From Hypanus sabinus (lineage: Eukaryota), in the NCBI RefSeq assembly GCF_030144855.1, contig NC_082715.1, positions 106,268,001 through 106,332,000 of the forward strand: a DNA stretch of 64,000 nt. The letters run 5' to 3'. The position numbers were made by a program, and so were the translations under genes. The notes beneath the pieces are model-generated. The model had not been told where the DNA came from and ran no database searches. It was given only the letters and a program-made list of their open reading frames with translations. This document shows positions 1-13,815 of the stretch, in pieces; position 1 is the first letter of the stretch; the number at the start of each line of letters is the position of its first letter.

Positions 1-582
1 TGTCATTTCTGTTAAGTGATGGACATGAGTAGTGCACAGGTGCACGTACGTTCTCAAAATAAAAAATGTGCTCCAGATCAAATAATGCGCTCTGCTTACT
101 GGCGCGCTGTCACTGTTCTGTCATTGTGCTGGTCGTTGTTGAGTTTTGGCACAGGGGACAATTGAATAAGAAGGAGCAGGACAAGTAGACCTGCATCTCC
201 TACCGTTTTTGAAATAAAGACAGTCAGGAGGAGAGTGATGATGATAATATCTTGAAGGATAACAGAATTTTCAGTGCTTTAAAATAATAACTGTTACTAT
301 TTAAAAAAGCTGTATTTTATTCATTTAATTTTCAGTGTTTTAAAAGTCATTTCAATAAATAGCTAAATACCATGGGACTTCAAAGACAGATATTTTGTTG
401 TAATGCATTTGTTCATTTTCAATTGAAATTAAAGCACATGCTTTCTACATATCCCATGATATTTTATTTTCTCTTATGAGGTGTATTACCAAAACACTCC
501 GTCCATCTGCTCCTGGTCCGGCCCCCCTGTCAAATTTTAGAACCCTTTGTGGCCCACAAGTCAAAAAGTTTGCCCACCCCTG
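1..582. mobile_element. End of a hAT-type DNA transposon inserted in the L1
   Basis: Terminates in AAAAGTTTGCCCACCCCTG (reverse complement CAGGGGTGGGCAAACTTTT, a hAT/Charlie-like terminus) directly abutting L1 ORF2 sequence. Confidence 0.6.
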
Positions 583-3500
583 ATCTATAATCTGCATTAA
601 GAATGGCTATTGGTCTAAATGACCCGCATTGCATTTTATCCTTGCCTTCTTTCGGTATAGCTGAGATTATCGCTTCCTTCCAACTGGGTGGCATTTGTGC
701 CTTTTTTAGAGCCCAGTCCAGTGGGGAGTAAAACAGGAATTAACCGTTTTTAAATTCTTTGTACCACTCTGCCATATACCCATCTCATCCTGGTAACTTG
801 CTTAATTTAAGCCTACTAATTGCAGCTTTTAATTCAACTTCAGTTATGTCAGCAGTCATTGTTCTATTTTGTTCTTCGCTTAAAGTGGGTAACTCGAGAG
901 GATTTCAGGAAGGTGTCAATTTGAGTTATGCTTACCCCTGGAACTTTGGAATGTAGAGTTTTGTAAAACACTTCAAAAGCTTCTTGAATTTCACTTAGTT
1001 TATTTTTTATCATTTTCGTTCTTGGGTCCCTAATTTTATGAATTTTATTTTCTACTATCTTTTTTTTCAGTTTCCACGCCAGTACTTGCATAGATTTTGT
1101 TCCACTTTAATAATGTTTCTGTTTCAGAAACATTAAACTTTTCCTGATTTCTTGCGTAACCAAACTATTAATATCATTCCTAATTCTTTTAATCTCCCCT
1201 AATGTATCCTGTGCCAAATTCAATTTGTGTTTTTTCTCTAGTTCCTTCAGCCTATTTTGTAATTCCTCTAATGTTTTATTCCTTATTTTTTTCTTATATG
1301 AAGATATCGCTATAATTTTCCCTCTTAAGACAGCCTTCAGAGTATCCCATAACATGGGAGGTGAAACCTCTCCATTATCATTAAATTCTAAGTAGAGACC
1401 AATTTTTAAAAAATTTGTGCCTTAAAGTAGGGATCATTGAGTAGACTTGAATTTAGTTTCCAAATAGTATTCTTTGGTTGTAGGTCAAAATCAACAGATA
1501 GATATATTGGTACATGGTCATTTACATCTATTGTCCCAATTCCACAGGTGTTTATTTTGTCTATGTCTTTTCCAAATGTTATGAAATAGTCTATTCTTGT
1601 ATATACAGAATGGGGAGCAGAATAATGAGTGTAATCCCTTCTGTCAGGGAAAAGGTCCCTCCATATATCAATTAAACCAACATCCTCAAAAAGTGTATTA
1701 ACTTTCTTATGTAAAGATTTTGTTTCTTAGGTTTTTCTATTGGAAGAGTCTAAGTTTGGTTGTAATTGTAAATTTAAGTCTCCCCCACATATCAGGAGAC
1801 CTTCTGTTTCTGTTACCATAATATCAGTAATTTTCTGAAAGAAACCAATATCACTTCCCGGGGGTGAGTATATATTCAATAGAGTAACTGAATTTCCATT
1901 TATATTTCCCCTTACTTACAAGAATATATCTGCCCTCTTTATCTCCCATTTCAAATACTTTTTCAAAATTTAGCTTACTTGAGATAAGAATAGCAACTCC
2001 TCTCCTATGTCCTGATTTATATGAGGAGAAAAACAAATTAATGAAGCCCATTCTCTTTAGTTTTTTATGCTCATTATCACAAATGAGTTTCCTGTAAATA
2101 TACTACATGGCCTTGTTCTTTTTCCATTTGGGATAAAATTCTATTACATTTGATTGGATTTAATAGCCCATTGACATTAAAAGAAATGAATTTTACTTTG
2201 TCCTTAGCCATCTGTATTTATCTGTCAATGTATCATTGAAATTAGAATAAAACTTAATCGATCTATTCCCTGAACAAATAAGAACCAAAAAACGCAAATA
2301 ATAACAAAAATGGCAACGAATGTGTGATTCCAAGGCTGAGGTCTCTAGTTGATGACCCTACCTTGAGCTAGAGGAAATGTCTAGCTGTGAGGGATAACCC
2401 CTCTTATTTGTGAGTTGAGGGCCCCCATTGCTGTATTCAAAAAGTCAGTGAACAAATCCATTACACAGAAAAGATTTCNNNNNNNNNNNNNNNNNNNNNN
2501 NNNNNNNNNNNNNNNNNNNNNNNNNNNNNNNNNNNNNNNNNNNNNNNNNNNNNNNNNNNNNNNNNNNNNNNNNNNNNNNNNNNNNNNNNNNNNNNNNNNN
2601 NNNNNNNNNNNNNNNNNNNNNNNNNNNNNNNNNNNNNNNNNNNNNNNNNAGGAGTAAGTGAGTGAATAAAGAATAACAACTAAGTAATATAAAATCCACA
2701 TTATAATAAGTATTTCTCGGGATAGGTATATCTCCGTGTACTTTTGCTTCCGTTTAGCTTCTCAACATTTTTTAAAGTTAGCCAAGCCTTATGGCTCTTC
2801 TAAAGGGGGTGAGGACTGTCTTTGGGAAACTCCCGGTCTCTTCCTGATATATTTCTCTCAGCCTCCTCCTGTCTCCTGCCTTCTCGATTCTCGCAATATT
2901 TCCCAAGCAGAGCAGGATAATTCCTCTACCAGGCTTTCTCTCAGTTTGGTCACACTGACAGGCAACCCTCTGGCCTTCATTTCTGTAGTCGCCTCTTCCA
3001 CTGTCTGGTACAACCGTGTCCCGTCATCATAAAACACTCGAAGTTTAGCAGGATACGGAGTGTGAAATCTAATCTTTTTTTGCTTTAGTACTCGCTTTAC
3101 TTCAGAGTATTCTTTGAGTTTCTGCAGGACCGTGGGGGGGGGGGTAATCTTGGTCGAAATATATTACTTTATCATCTAAAAACACTCTCTTCTTACCCCA
3201 GGCCCTTCGTAGAATCTTTGCCTTGGTGCTGTACCGAAGGAATTTAATTATTATTGAACGTGGCTTATCTTGGGTAGACTTTGGGACTAACACGCAATGC
3301 ATTCTCTCATTTTCTAGCTCCATAGTTGAGGGAAGCGCCAGCGCGTCCCGCAGTAGCTTTCCGACAAACTCTGTCATAGACAAACCCTCCACTCCTTCGG
3401 GAACGTTGTAGATTCTGATATTTTCCGCCGTGATCTTCCCTCCAGGTCAAGCAGTTTACCTTCTTGGTGATTTAATATTTTTATCGTCTTACTCAGTATT

Positions 3501-3928
3501 CGTTCAATGTTTTGAACGCGATCTTTCACCTTCTCAATTCAAGTCTCTGCCACCACTATTTTTTGATTGACGTTGGCGAGCTCTGACTTAATATTGTGCT
3601 GCTTTAAAGCTGCTGCTTTATTTCTTTTTGGAACTCCCTTACCTCTTTCAGGATTTCTATCATATTCGCCGCTTTGCCTGAACAAGGCCCAGCGTCCGCC
3701 TCCTAGCACGCAGTCGGGTAGGAGAGCCGCTCGCTGCACTCCTCTCAGACGCAGGCTCCGCAGTGTCGCTTTTTTTATTTCCATTCTTTTTCCCGATTCT
3801 TGCCCCTCTTTTCAGTTCAAATATTTTTTGAAAAATACTATATTTGATGGGTTAACGGGGCTTAATACTCGTTTTTCCAGAGGAGCTGGTGACTTAAGCT
3901 GCCTTTCTCGACGATGACATCACCGGAA
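583..3928 (-). mobile_element. Degenerate LINE-1 (fish-type): 5' UTR, ORF1 and ORF2 endonuclease region
   Basis: ORF1 fragments (~3784-2740: PRSIIIKFLRYSTKAKILRRAW, IYFDQDY). ORF2 start MAKDKVKFISFNVNGL at 2211, then RRGVAILIS, DKEGRYILV, LWDTLKAVLRGKIIA. Frameshifts and an N gap. Confidence 0.88.
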
Positions 3929-4310
3929 AACGTTTATTTGGATTTTCAAAGTACTTTGGCAAGTTGCCGCATCTGAGGGTACCTAACAAAATAATAGCCC
4001 ATGGTATGGCAGAAAAGGTACCAGAATGAATAGAAGATTGGCTGGCTGACTGGCAGGAGGTGAAGAGTTGGAATAAAGAGGGCCTGTTCTGGTTGGCTGC
4101 TGGTGATTGTTAGTGTTCCACAGGGGTCGGTGTTGGGACAACTTCATTAATATTATATGCAAACAATTTTGATGACAGAATTGATGGCTTTGTGGCCAAG
4201 TTTGTGGACAATACAATGATACTTGGAGGGGGGAAGCAGGGAGTCTGCAGAAGGACATGGTCAGACTGGGAGAATGTTCAAATTTTAAAAGTTCAAAGCT
4301 ATTTTATTAT

Positions 4311-5270
4311 AACCATATAACAATCACAGCTCGGAAACAGGCCATCTCGGCCCTCCTAGTCCGTGCTGAACTCTTAATCTCACCTAGTCCCACCTACCCG
4401 CACTCAACCCATAACCCTCCACTCCTTTCCTGTCCATATACCTATCCAATTTTACCTTAAATGACACAACTGAACTGGCCTCTACCACTTCTACAGGAAG
4501 CTCATTCCACACAGCTATCACTCTCTGAGTAAAGAAATACCCCCTCGTGTTTCCCTTAAACTTCTGCCCCCTAACTCTCAAATCATGTCCTCTCGTTTGA
4601 ATCTCCCCTACTCTCAATGGAAACAGCCTATTCACGTCAACTCTATCTATCCCTCTCAAAATTTTAAGTACCTCGATCAAATCCCCCCTCAACTTTCTAC
4701 GCTCCAATGAATAGAGACCTAACTTGTTCAACCTTTCTCTGTAACTTAAGTGCTGAAACCCAGGTAACATCCTAGTAAATCGTCTCTGCACTCTCTCTAA
4801 TTTATTGATATCTTTCCTATAATTTGGTGACCAGAACTGTACACAATATTCCAAATTTGGCCTTACCAATGCCTTGTACAATTTTAACATTACATCCCAA
4901 CTTCTGTACTCAATGCTTTGATTTATAAAGGCCAGTGTTCCAAAAGCCTTCTTCACCACCCTATCTACATGAGACTCCACCTTCAGGGAACCATGCACTG
5001 TTATTCCTAGATCTCTCTGTTCCTCTGCATTCCTCAATTCCCTACCATTTACCCTGTATGTTCTATTTGGATTATTCCTGCCAAAATGTAGAACCGCACA
5101 CTTCTCAGCATTAAACTCCATCTGCCAACGTTCAGCCCATTCTTCTAACCAGCATAAATCTCCCTGAAAGCTTTGAAAACCCACCTCATTATCCACAACA
5201 CCTCCTACCTTAGTATCATCGGCATACTTACTAATCCAATTTACCACCCCATCATCCAGATCATTTATGT
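4311..5270 (-). mobile_element. Young 5'-truncated CR1 LINE (RT C-terminus)
   Basis: Uninterrupted 299-aa ORF: YINDLD, SKYADDTK, LYKALVRPNLEYCVQFWSP, TRGH, FFTQRV; CR1 3' tail. Confidence 0.93.
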
Positions 5271-5659
5271 ATATGTATATCATTTATCGAAGTGCATACA
5301 TACATATGTGGCACATACATGTCACCATATACAACCCTGAGATTTATTTTCTTGTGGGCATAAACATTGAATCAAAGAAACACAATAGTATCATTGAAGA
5401 TCACGCCCAACAAAACAGACGACCCCAATGGAAAAAACAACAAACTGTGCAAACACAGAAGAAAAAATGCATAAATTTTGAGAACATTGAGATGAAGAGT
5501 TCTTAAAAGTGAGCCCATAGGTTGTGGAAACAGTTCAGTGAAGGGGTAAGTGAAGTTGAGTAAAGAGTTCCCGAGTTCAAGAGCCTGATGGTTGAAGGTT
5601 AATAACTTCCTGAATCTGTTGGCGTAAATCCGGACACTCCTGCACATTTCTTCATTGCC

Positions 5660-6486
5660 AAATGGGTAAAGAAGTGGAAATGGAATATCCTGCAGGGAAC
5701 TGCATGGTCATGTGCTTGGTGGAAGAATTAAAGGTGAATTAAATTTTCTGAACTGTGAGAAAATTCTAAAGTCAGAGGTGAAAAAGGGATTTGGGAATCC
5801 TTGTGCAGGATTATCCAAAGGTTAACTTGTTCATTGGGGTGGTGGTAAGGAAGACAAATGCAATATTAGCATTTATTTTCAGAGATCTAGAATACAAGAG
5901 CAAGGATGTAATGTTGAGGCTTTATAAGGCCCTGGTGAGGCCTCACTTGGAGTATTGTGAGAAGTTTTGGACCTCATATCTAAGAAAAGATGTGCTGGCA
6001 TTGGAGAGGACTAGAGGAGGTTCATGAGAATGATTCCAAGAACTAACATTCGAGGAGCATTTCATGGCTCTGGAGCTGTACTCACTGGAGTTTAGAAGAA
6101 TGAGAGGGATCTCATTGAAACCTATAGAATATTGAAAGACCTGACAGAGTTGATGTGGAGAAGATGTGTCCTATAGTCAGGGAGTGTAGGATCAGAGATC
6201 ACCGACTCAGAATAGAGAAATGTCCATTTAGTAAAGGGAAGAGGAGGAATTTCTTTAGCCAGAGGGTGGCGACTGTGTGGAATTCATTGATATAGATGGC
6301 AGTGGAGGCTGTCATTGGGTATATTTAAAGCAGAGGTTGATAGGTTCTTGATTAGTTGAGGCATCATAAGTTACAGGAAGGCAGGAGAAAGGAGCTGAAT
6401 GGGATAATTAATCAGCTATGATGAAATGGCAGAGCAGAGTTGATGGACCTAATGGCCTAATCTTACTCCTATGTCTTCTGGTCTTT
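5660..6486 (+). mobile_element. Degenerate CR1 LINE 3' part (continuation of fragment at ~3930-4275)
   Basis: LYKALVRPHLEYC motif and CR1 3' end. Confidence 0.8.
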
Positions 6487-7329
6487 CAACATCCAATTCT
6501 TCCTCTTGCATCTTCCCTGGTTTACCTGGCGACCTCTGTGTTTATTACATTAACCTGTAGTTGTTTCTGTAAGCACGATACTCTCTGTGAACCAGATAAA
6601 GCCAATTAAATTCATTTATAATTGAGTCCAATTTTACTTGCACTTTTCCACTGGACAGTGAGGACAGATGCCAGTGCTAAACACCAATCACTTCAGCTAC
6701 AGATAGGCTGTGAGTAGATTTATGAGACACTTACAAGTATTATGAGGATTTAGTAAAAACTATGGTGGTATCAGCACTTTGAAAACACAATTGTGGTGTA
6801 TATATTGAAAAAGAATGATTGGACAGAGGCAATGTAGATTTATTAATCTTCCTTTGACTGCAATAAAAAGGATTGAAATAGGATGTTAATGCTGAAGTGT
6901 TTCTGTACAATAGCAACACTATTCAACACTCATGAAGGCTTTGCAAAGGGAAAATTCTCGTTTGATTGGCCCACCAATTTCTAACGAGCTGTGACAGTTT
7001 GATCAGACAGTGCAAAATTGTTGAATTCAATATTAAGTTCCAACATGTGCTGAAAGTAAAATTAATTCTTTGGCGGAAAAGCAATTCTCTGGCCAGATGG
7101 AGTAGTGTAAGAATCTGAGGTCAGATAGGAAGTGGGTTGGGAAACTAAAAACACAGGGAACAGGGAACTTACAGTTGCTTGTGCAAACTGAACAGATGTG
7201 CTCCAGTATGGTCACTCAATCTGTGTTTGGTTTGCCAAACATTAACACTAAAACCATTGCACTGAAGTGGATGAAAAACAAGTGACCACTGCTTTACCAG
7301 TCCCTAGACAATGGGAAGGGAAGGGAAGG

Positions 7330-8760
7330 CAAGAAATTTATTCCTAATCCACAAGTACCCCTTCTTGCAGCTTCATGCCCTCTCCAGATCTCTTCATTGC
7401 CAGTTACCAATGTGGCATTCATTGCCTCTATTTTGCTATTTCCCACTCACTCCAAGCGACCTCTCTCTGATCTTGTGGCACTGTTCACTGGGGATCAATC
7501 CTGATACAGTCAAACCTGTGGATGAGTTTCCAGTTTCCCGCTTCCATCCAGGTCACGTTCTCCTTTAACATCTCATTCCTCTATATACTCCAGAATGCAC
7601 CGAAGGCCCTCACTCCTCCCTCAGATAGGTTTATCAAGCCCCCTTTTATCACCATTCTGCTCTCCTCGACCTTGTTACATTGAACAACTTCACCACCAAC
7701 TCCACTAACTTCTCCAAGTTAAAGGTATAACTATAAAAACATATTGGCACAGCCTATATTTGGAATAGTCCTTGTTTCAGACAATTTCAGGATCTCTCTC
7801 TCAACATTAGTTACTTTTTGGTGCTGTTTGCACTCACACAGAATTTGAAAATGTTATCATTTTGCTGCAAGTTTCTACACTATTTTCATATTCTTGTGGT
7901 TATTTTCTTTTGTGCCATCTCCATCTCCATTTCAGTGGGCAGGTTAGTAACCATTATAATTCCACTGACTTCCAAAGCTGCTCAACTACATCTCCTCACA
8001 CGCTGATGCTTGTGATATCTCTATTCCATTCTTCAAGTTTCCCCATCATACCATCTAACTTCCCACACATTTGAGATATTGTTGTCTTTCACCTTAATTA
8101 TTGTTGACATGGTCCTCAGCTGCATCTCCTCTACATCCTGCAGACCTGCTCATCATCCTGCTCTTCCCTGATGGAATAAAGATAGGGTTCCCCCTTTCTT
8201 CATCACCCACCCACTAGCTGCAAATATAACTAATCATCCTCCAATTCTGCACCATCCATAAGTGAATCTTGACCCCCTGAATGTGAAGATTGGTGGGGTT
8301 GCAACACCAGATGCATCATTCTCTCCCATCCTGTTTTGGCATTCCAAAGAGACTATTTTCCCACAGCTCCCTGGTTTGCTCTTCCACCTCCTCCAATCAC
8401 TCACCTCCTCACAGCACTTTCCTACGCAACCACAGGAGAAACAACACTTTTCTTTTTGCTTCCTCCCTTTCCACCAGCCTCAGACCAGAAAGACCTCTGG
8501 TGAAACAATGGTTCACTTGTGTTTCTAATCCAATGTATTCCATTTGGTTCTCACTATATTGTCTCTACAGAACACAGATTGGATGACATTTCTATGCAAT
8601 TCACAAAGGTGACCACGAGTTCTGAGTTGCTTATCACTTTAATTCTCCATCCCTTTCTCTTTTTGACCCCTCTGTTGTTGGCCTCCAGTCGTGCCTGAGA
8701 TAAGCTCGAGAAATGACCTGGATATGTTGCAATATTTGGGAATAAATACTGAATCTAACA
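7330..8760 (+). mobile_element. Old Penelope-like element remnant
   Basis: Similar to the better-preserved copies at 60345-61510 and 32165-32597 (VPL-TYHP-like and GIY-YIG-end segments). Confidence 0.55.
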
Positions 8761-9359
8761 CCATTTTCCTTTCACACCACAGATTTGGCTGTACTTTCCT
8801 GTTTTAAATTATTTCCATTTATTTTGCTTCTGCCTCCAACAGTTGGTTTATTAAATAATTATTTTTAACATGTTATAATGAGCATCCCCTCAGTTCTCTC
8901 CACTTAATCTTTTCTCTGCAACATATAATGCATGATTTTCCCACTTTGAGTTCTGATAAAGGGTCATGTTGTCTGACCAGCTTCCCGTGTCATTCCCTTC
9001 CATCCACCAGCCTCCAGACTCAACAGACCATCCTCCAGTTCTGCATCCTCCATAACTGATCCATTGAATGTGGAGACACGGGTGTTCTAACACCAGATAC
9101 ACCTAGCCCTCCTATCCTTTTTCAATATTTCAGGGCGACTATTTCCTCTATATCTTGCTGGTTTGCTCTTCCATCTCCAAACAAAGCTGAGTGTTTCCTC
9201 AACTTTCTGGTTCTGTTCTTGATTTCTAGCATCAGAAGATAATCCAGTTTGTCCATCTGGGGAAGAATGTCAGAGGCGGTTCAGGGCCGAAACTCACCCC
9301 ACTTCACCCATAGTCCGGTCTCTGGCTAGACCACATTTCTGTACTCCAGAATGGAGAAG

Positions 9360-11555
9360 ATCAAAGAGAGCACCCTCGACCATCAAGGACATCTACTATA
9401 CTTCATTCAGAGTCTAATGAGATTTGGTATGTACCAAAGACTGTAGTAAATTTATTCAGATGTACAGTGGGGAGCATTATTACTGGTTACATCACTGCCT
9501 GGTATGGTGTTTCTAATAGAAATTGCAGAGGGTTGTAAACTTAGCCAGCTCCATCATGGGCATTAATCTCCCCACCATCAAGGACAACTTCAAAGGCAGT
9601 GCCTTAACAAAGCAGCACCCATCATTAAGGGCTTTCACCATCCGGGACATGCCCTCTTCTCATCAGATTTACTTAAGGGAAGAGGTACAGGAGCCGGAGG
9701 ACAAACGCTGAACATTTTAGGAATAGCTTCTTCCCCTCTGCCATCAGATTCCTAAATGACCATGAAGCCACGAACACTGCCTCACCATTTTGCTCTTTTT
9801 ACACTATTGATTTATTTTTTATATTTTCTTATTGGTATTAATAGTAAATTTTATGTATTGCACTGTACTACTGCCACAGAACAACAAACTTCATGATGTT
9901 TGTCAGTGATAATACACCTGATTCTGATCTACCCACCCACTCTTTGGTAAGTCAGTCCACCAGGCTGTGCACCTTTACCCTGAGCAGGAGCAGAAACTGA
10001 AATGGAGGATCCGGTACAGAAGGTCCTACAGAGCTAGTTTGAGGAAACAGAAGCTTCTACATGATTGCTTTGAGTCAATGCACTGGCCCATATTCAGGGA
10101 TTCAACGGACAGCCTAAATGAGTTTGTCACCACCATCACAGACCTCATCAGCAAGTGTTAGAGGGCTGTGTACCAAAGAGGTCAATCTGAGTATCTCCCA
10201 ACTGGAAACCATGGGCAACCTGAGAGATCCACTCCCTACTGAAATCCAGATCAGCAGTGTTCTAATCAGATGATCCTTACCTGTACAGGAGGTCAAGGCG
10301 TGACCTTCATAAACCCACCTAGGATGCAAAGATACCAGTCCAAAAGTGAGTCACTGACCAGAAGTCAGTTGTAACAGGGCCTGCTCTCTATAATAGGCTA
10401 CAAAATGTAGCATTGTTGACAACATGCATCCCTCCCCTATGAGCTATGCAGGCTTTGAACAGAAGGGGAACGACTGCAACTTCCCTGACAGCATCCAATT
10501 CAATGTCCCCTCAGTCACCACTGGGGACATCAGATCAGCCTTCTGGTGAGTGAAGCTGAGGAAAGCCTTCATCCCAGATGTTGTTTCTGGCTGCATCTCA
10601 CATCCTGCATGGATCACCTGGCAGGTGTATTTGTAGATTTTGAACCTCTGCCTTCAGCAATCTGAGGTTCCCAGCTGCTTTGAGAAGACCACAGTCATCC
10701 TGATGCCAAATAAAACTAAGGTAACGTGCCTCAATTATTATCATAGAGTGTCTCCGACATCTACGATCGTGGAGTGGTTCGAGAGGCTAATCATGGCACA
10801 CGTCATCTCCAGACAACTTTGACTCTCTGCAATTTGCCAACTACGGGAACAAGTCTACAGTGGACTCCTTGGCTCTACACTCTTCCTTGGAGCATCTGGA
10901 TAACAAAGATGTCCACATCAGAGTCCTATTTACAGACTAGAGCTGCACCTCAATGTCATAATTCGAAACACCGCTCCAACTCTTAGACCTGGGATCAACA
11001 TCTCCCATTGCAATTGGATCCTTGACATCCTGACCAACAGATAGCAATCAGTAAGGACTGGCAGCAACACCCCTGGCATTATTATTCTCAACACTGGTGG
11101 TCTGCAAGTCCTCAGCATCTTATTCTACTCGCTGTAGATAACTGTGTGACCAGATTCTGCTCCAACTCCATCTACAGTTTTACAGATGATACCACTGTAG
11201 TGGGCCAGACCTCCAATAACAATGAGGCGGAGTACAGGGAGGGCAATAAGAGCCAATGACATGGTGTCATGACAACAACCTTTCCTTTTTTTGTCAGCAA
11301 GACACAAGTGTGGGTCATTGATTTCAGAAAGCAGGAAGAAGCACATACCTCTGTATGCATCTGAGGTGAGATGGCTGAGAGCTTCAAGTTTGTAGGCGTG
11401 AACATCACCAATAGCTTATACTCGTCCAACCAGGTACAGACTCTACTTCCTTCGAATGCCGAGAAAATTTGACATGTCCTTGTTGACCTTCACCAGTTTA
11501 GGTATACCAATGGAAACATCCTTTCAGGTTCCATTGCAGCTTGGTATGGCAACTG
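9360..11555 (+). mobile_element. Rex1/Babar-like LINE fragments (a 3' end followed by a degenerate RT region)
   Basis: VPSCFEKTTVILMPNKTKVTCLNYYHRV...FERLIM; ADDTTVVG-like motif; CTGATT tail near 9920. Confidence 0.7.
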
Positions 11556-12189
11556 ATGCATGGGTGTTGCAGTTGAGTAAAGGTAACTATGGAGAAAAGA
11601 GCTCACCAAAGTTGATTGGAAGATGTCCCTACAGGAATGATGGCAGAGTAGCAATGACAGGAGTTTATAGGAACAAATCTGAAAACATGGATCATTTGCC
11701 CAAAGAAGAAACAGCATTTTAAATGGAAGATCTGTGGCTAACAAGGGAAGTCCAAGTCACAGAAGCAAATGAAAGGGCATACAATATTGCAAAAACTAGC
11801 AGAAACTTGAGGATTTGGAGGCTTTTAAAAACCAACAGAAGGCAACTAAAAAAGCAACAAGGGGACAAAAAGTGAGAAGTAAGCTAGCTAACATTATAAA
11901 ATAGGATATCAAAAGTATTTTTTTAATGTATAAGGAGTAAAAGGGAGGCGAGAGTGGATATTGGATCGCAGGAAAATGATGCTGGAGAGGTAGTACGGGG
12001 AACAAAGAAATGGATAATGAACTTGATAAGTATTTTATGTCAGTATTCACTGTGAATGACACCAACAGCAAACAAGATATTTGAGAGAGTCAAAAGCAGA
12101 AGTGAGTACAGTTGCTATTACTAAGGAGAAACTGCTTGGGAAGCTGAAAGGTCTGAAGATGGATAAGTCACTGGTACCAAATGGTTTAT

Positions 12190-12825
12190 CAGGTATGGCA
12201 AACCTTTTTGAAAACATCAGTCCAAATTGACGCCAACCTTCTTAAAAACACATTCTCTTGCATACCATGGTAATGTTGAGCAGAGATTATCTTAGACTAA
12301 TGAACTAATAACAATAATTATGTACTTTTAAAGTAAAAATGCTGAGTCCCCTTGCTTATTTACATGTATTCATTGTTTTACTATTAATAGAAGTACTTAT
12401 AAACAGAGACGGATTGAAATAAGTGAAACATTTTAGCAAACTGTTCAAAATTATTAATATTAAAAACACCATTGAAAATAACATCACTTCAAAATAGCAT
12501 TGTTATTATAAACATTTACCATCCAAATAGTGATGTGTTTACCAGGTCAATGAGGATTTCAAAATTTATCATTCAACATAAAATGTTCTCACAACCATCT
12601 GGCTAGAACTAAGCTAGTGTGAGGCATTTCCCAAAAAAATGTCTTACTGCTGTTAGGTTGTAAAAAAATTAATTGCGGCTTCATTTGGCAGTAAAGATAA
12701 TTACTACATATCTTTTTATTAAGGGTGGGATTTTAAGAATTGAGGGGCAGCACTGCATGAGACATGCCAACAAAATTTTTGTGAGTACCATCTTGGACAC
12801 ACGTACCATAGCTCCACCACCCCTG
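12190..12825. mobile_element. Probable non-autonomous hAT element inside the CR1
   Basis: AT-rich insert bounded by CAGGTATGGCAAACC...CCACCCCTG; CR1 sequence resumes on both sides; TSD unclear. Confidence 0.5.
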
Positions 12826-13400
12826 GATTACCCAGTGTTCTGAAAGAGGTGGCTGAAGAAGTTGTGGAGGCATTGGTAGTGATCTTTCAAGAATCACTAG
12901 AGTCAGGAAGGTTTCCAGGTAACTGGAAAATCACAAATGTCACTCCACTCTTTTAGAAGAGAGTGAGACAAAAGACAAAGTATGGTTGGAACCTGACTTC
13001 AGTGGTTTGGAAGATGTTGGGGTCCATTGTTAAGGCTGAGGTTTCAGATTACTTGGAAGCACATGATAAAAACAGGTGAAAAAAAGCAGAGTTCCCTTAA
13101 GGGGAGATCTTGCTTGACAAATCTGTTGGAATTCTTTGAGGAAATAAAAAGCAGGATAGACAAAGGAGAGTCAGTGGATGTTGTTACTTCGATTTTTAGA
13201 GGCCTTTGACAAGGCGCTGCACATGATGCCTCTATACAAAATAGGATAGGAAAGGTACTACCATGGGTAGAAGATTGGCTGGCAGAAGGCAAAGACTGGG
13301 AGGCCTTTCTGGTTGGCTGTCAGTGGCTAGTGGTGTTCTGCAGGGGTCAGTGGTGGATCTACTACTTTTCATGGTATATATTAATGATCCGGAAGATAGA

Positions 13401-13815
13401 ATTGATGACTTTGTGGCCAGGTTTATGTAGGATACAGAGACAGGTGGAGAGGCAGGTAATGATCTAGATGATGGAATTGATTACTTTGTGGGCAGGTTTA
13501 TGATTGATGACTTTGTGGCCAGGTTTATAATTGATGACTTTGTGGCCAGGTTTATGAAGGATACAGAGACAGGTGGAGAGGCTGGTGATTATCTAGATGA
13601 TGGAATTGATGACTTTGTGGCCAGGTTTATGATTGATGACTTTGTGGCCAGGTTTATGAAGGATACAGAGACAGGTGGAGAGGCAGGTGATGATCTAGAT
13701 GATGGAATTGATGACTTTGTGGCCAGGTTTATGATTGATGACTTTGTGGCCAGGTTTATGATTGATGACTTTGTGGCCAGGTTTATGAAGGATACAGAGA
13801 CAGGTGGAGAGGCAG
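13401..13815 (+). repeat. Compound tandem repeat of 27-bp (A) and 48-bp (B) units, order A B AAA B AA B AAA B'
   Basis: A=ATTGATGACTTTGTGGCCAGGTTTATG, B=AAGGATACAGAGACAGGTGGAGAGGCAGGTGATGATCTAGATGATGGA; derived from the CR1 RT segment. Confidence 0.9.

Noticed and set aside
2381-2701. ORFs spanning N runs (also 54176-54679)
   Set aside because: Artefacts of assembly gaps at 2479-2649 and 54330-54489
4384-5283. Intact 299-aa RT-like ORF as a domesticated gene
   Set aside because: Ordinary young 5'-truncated CR1; the start codon comes from flanking AT-rich sequence
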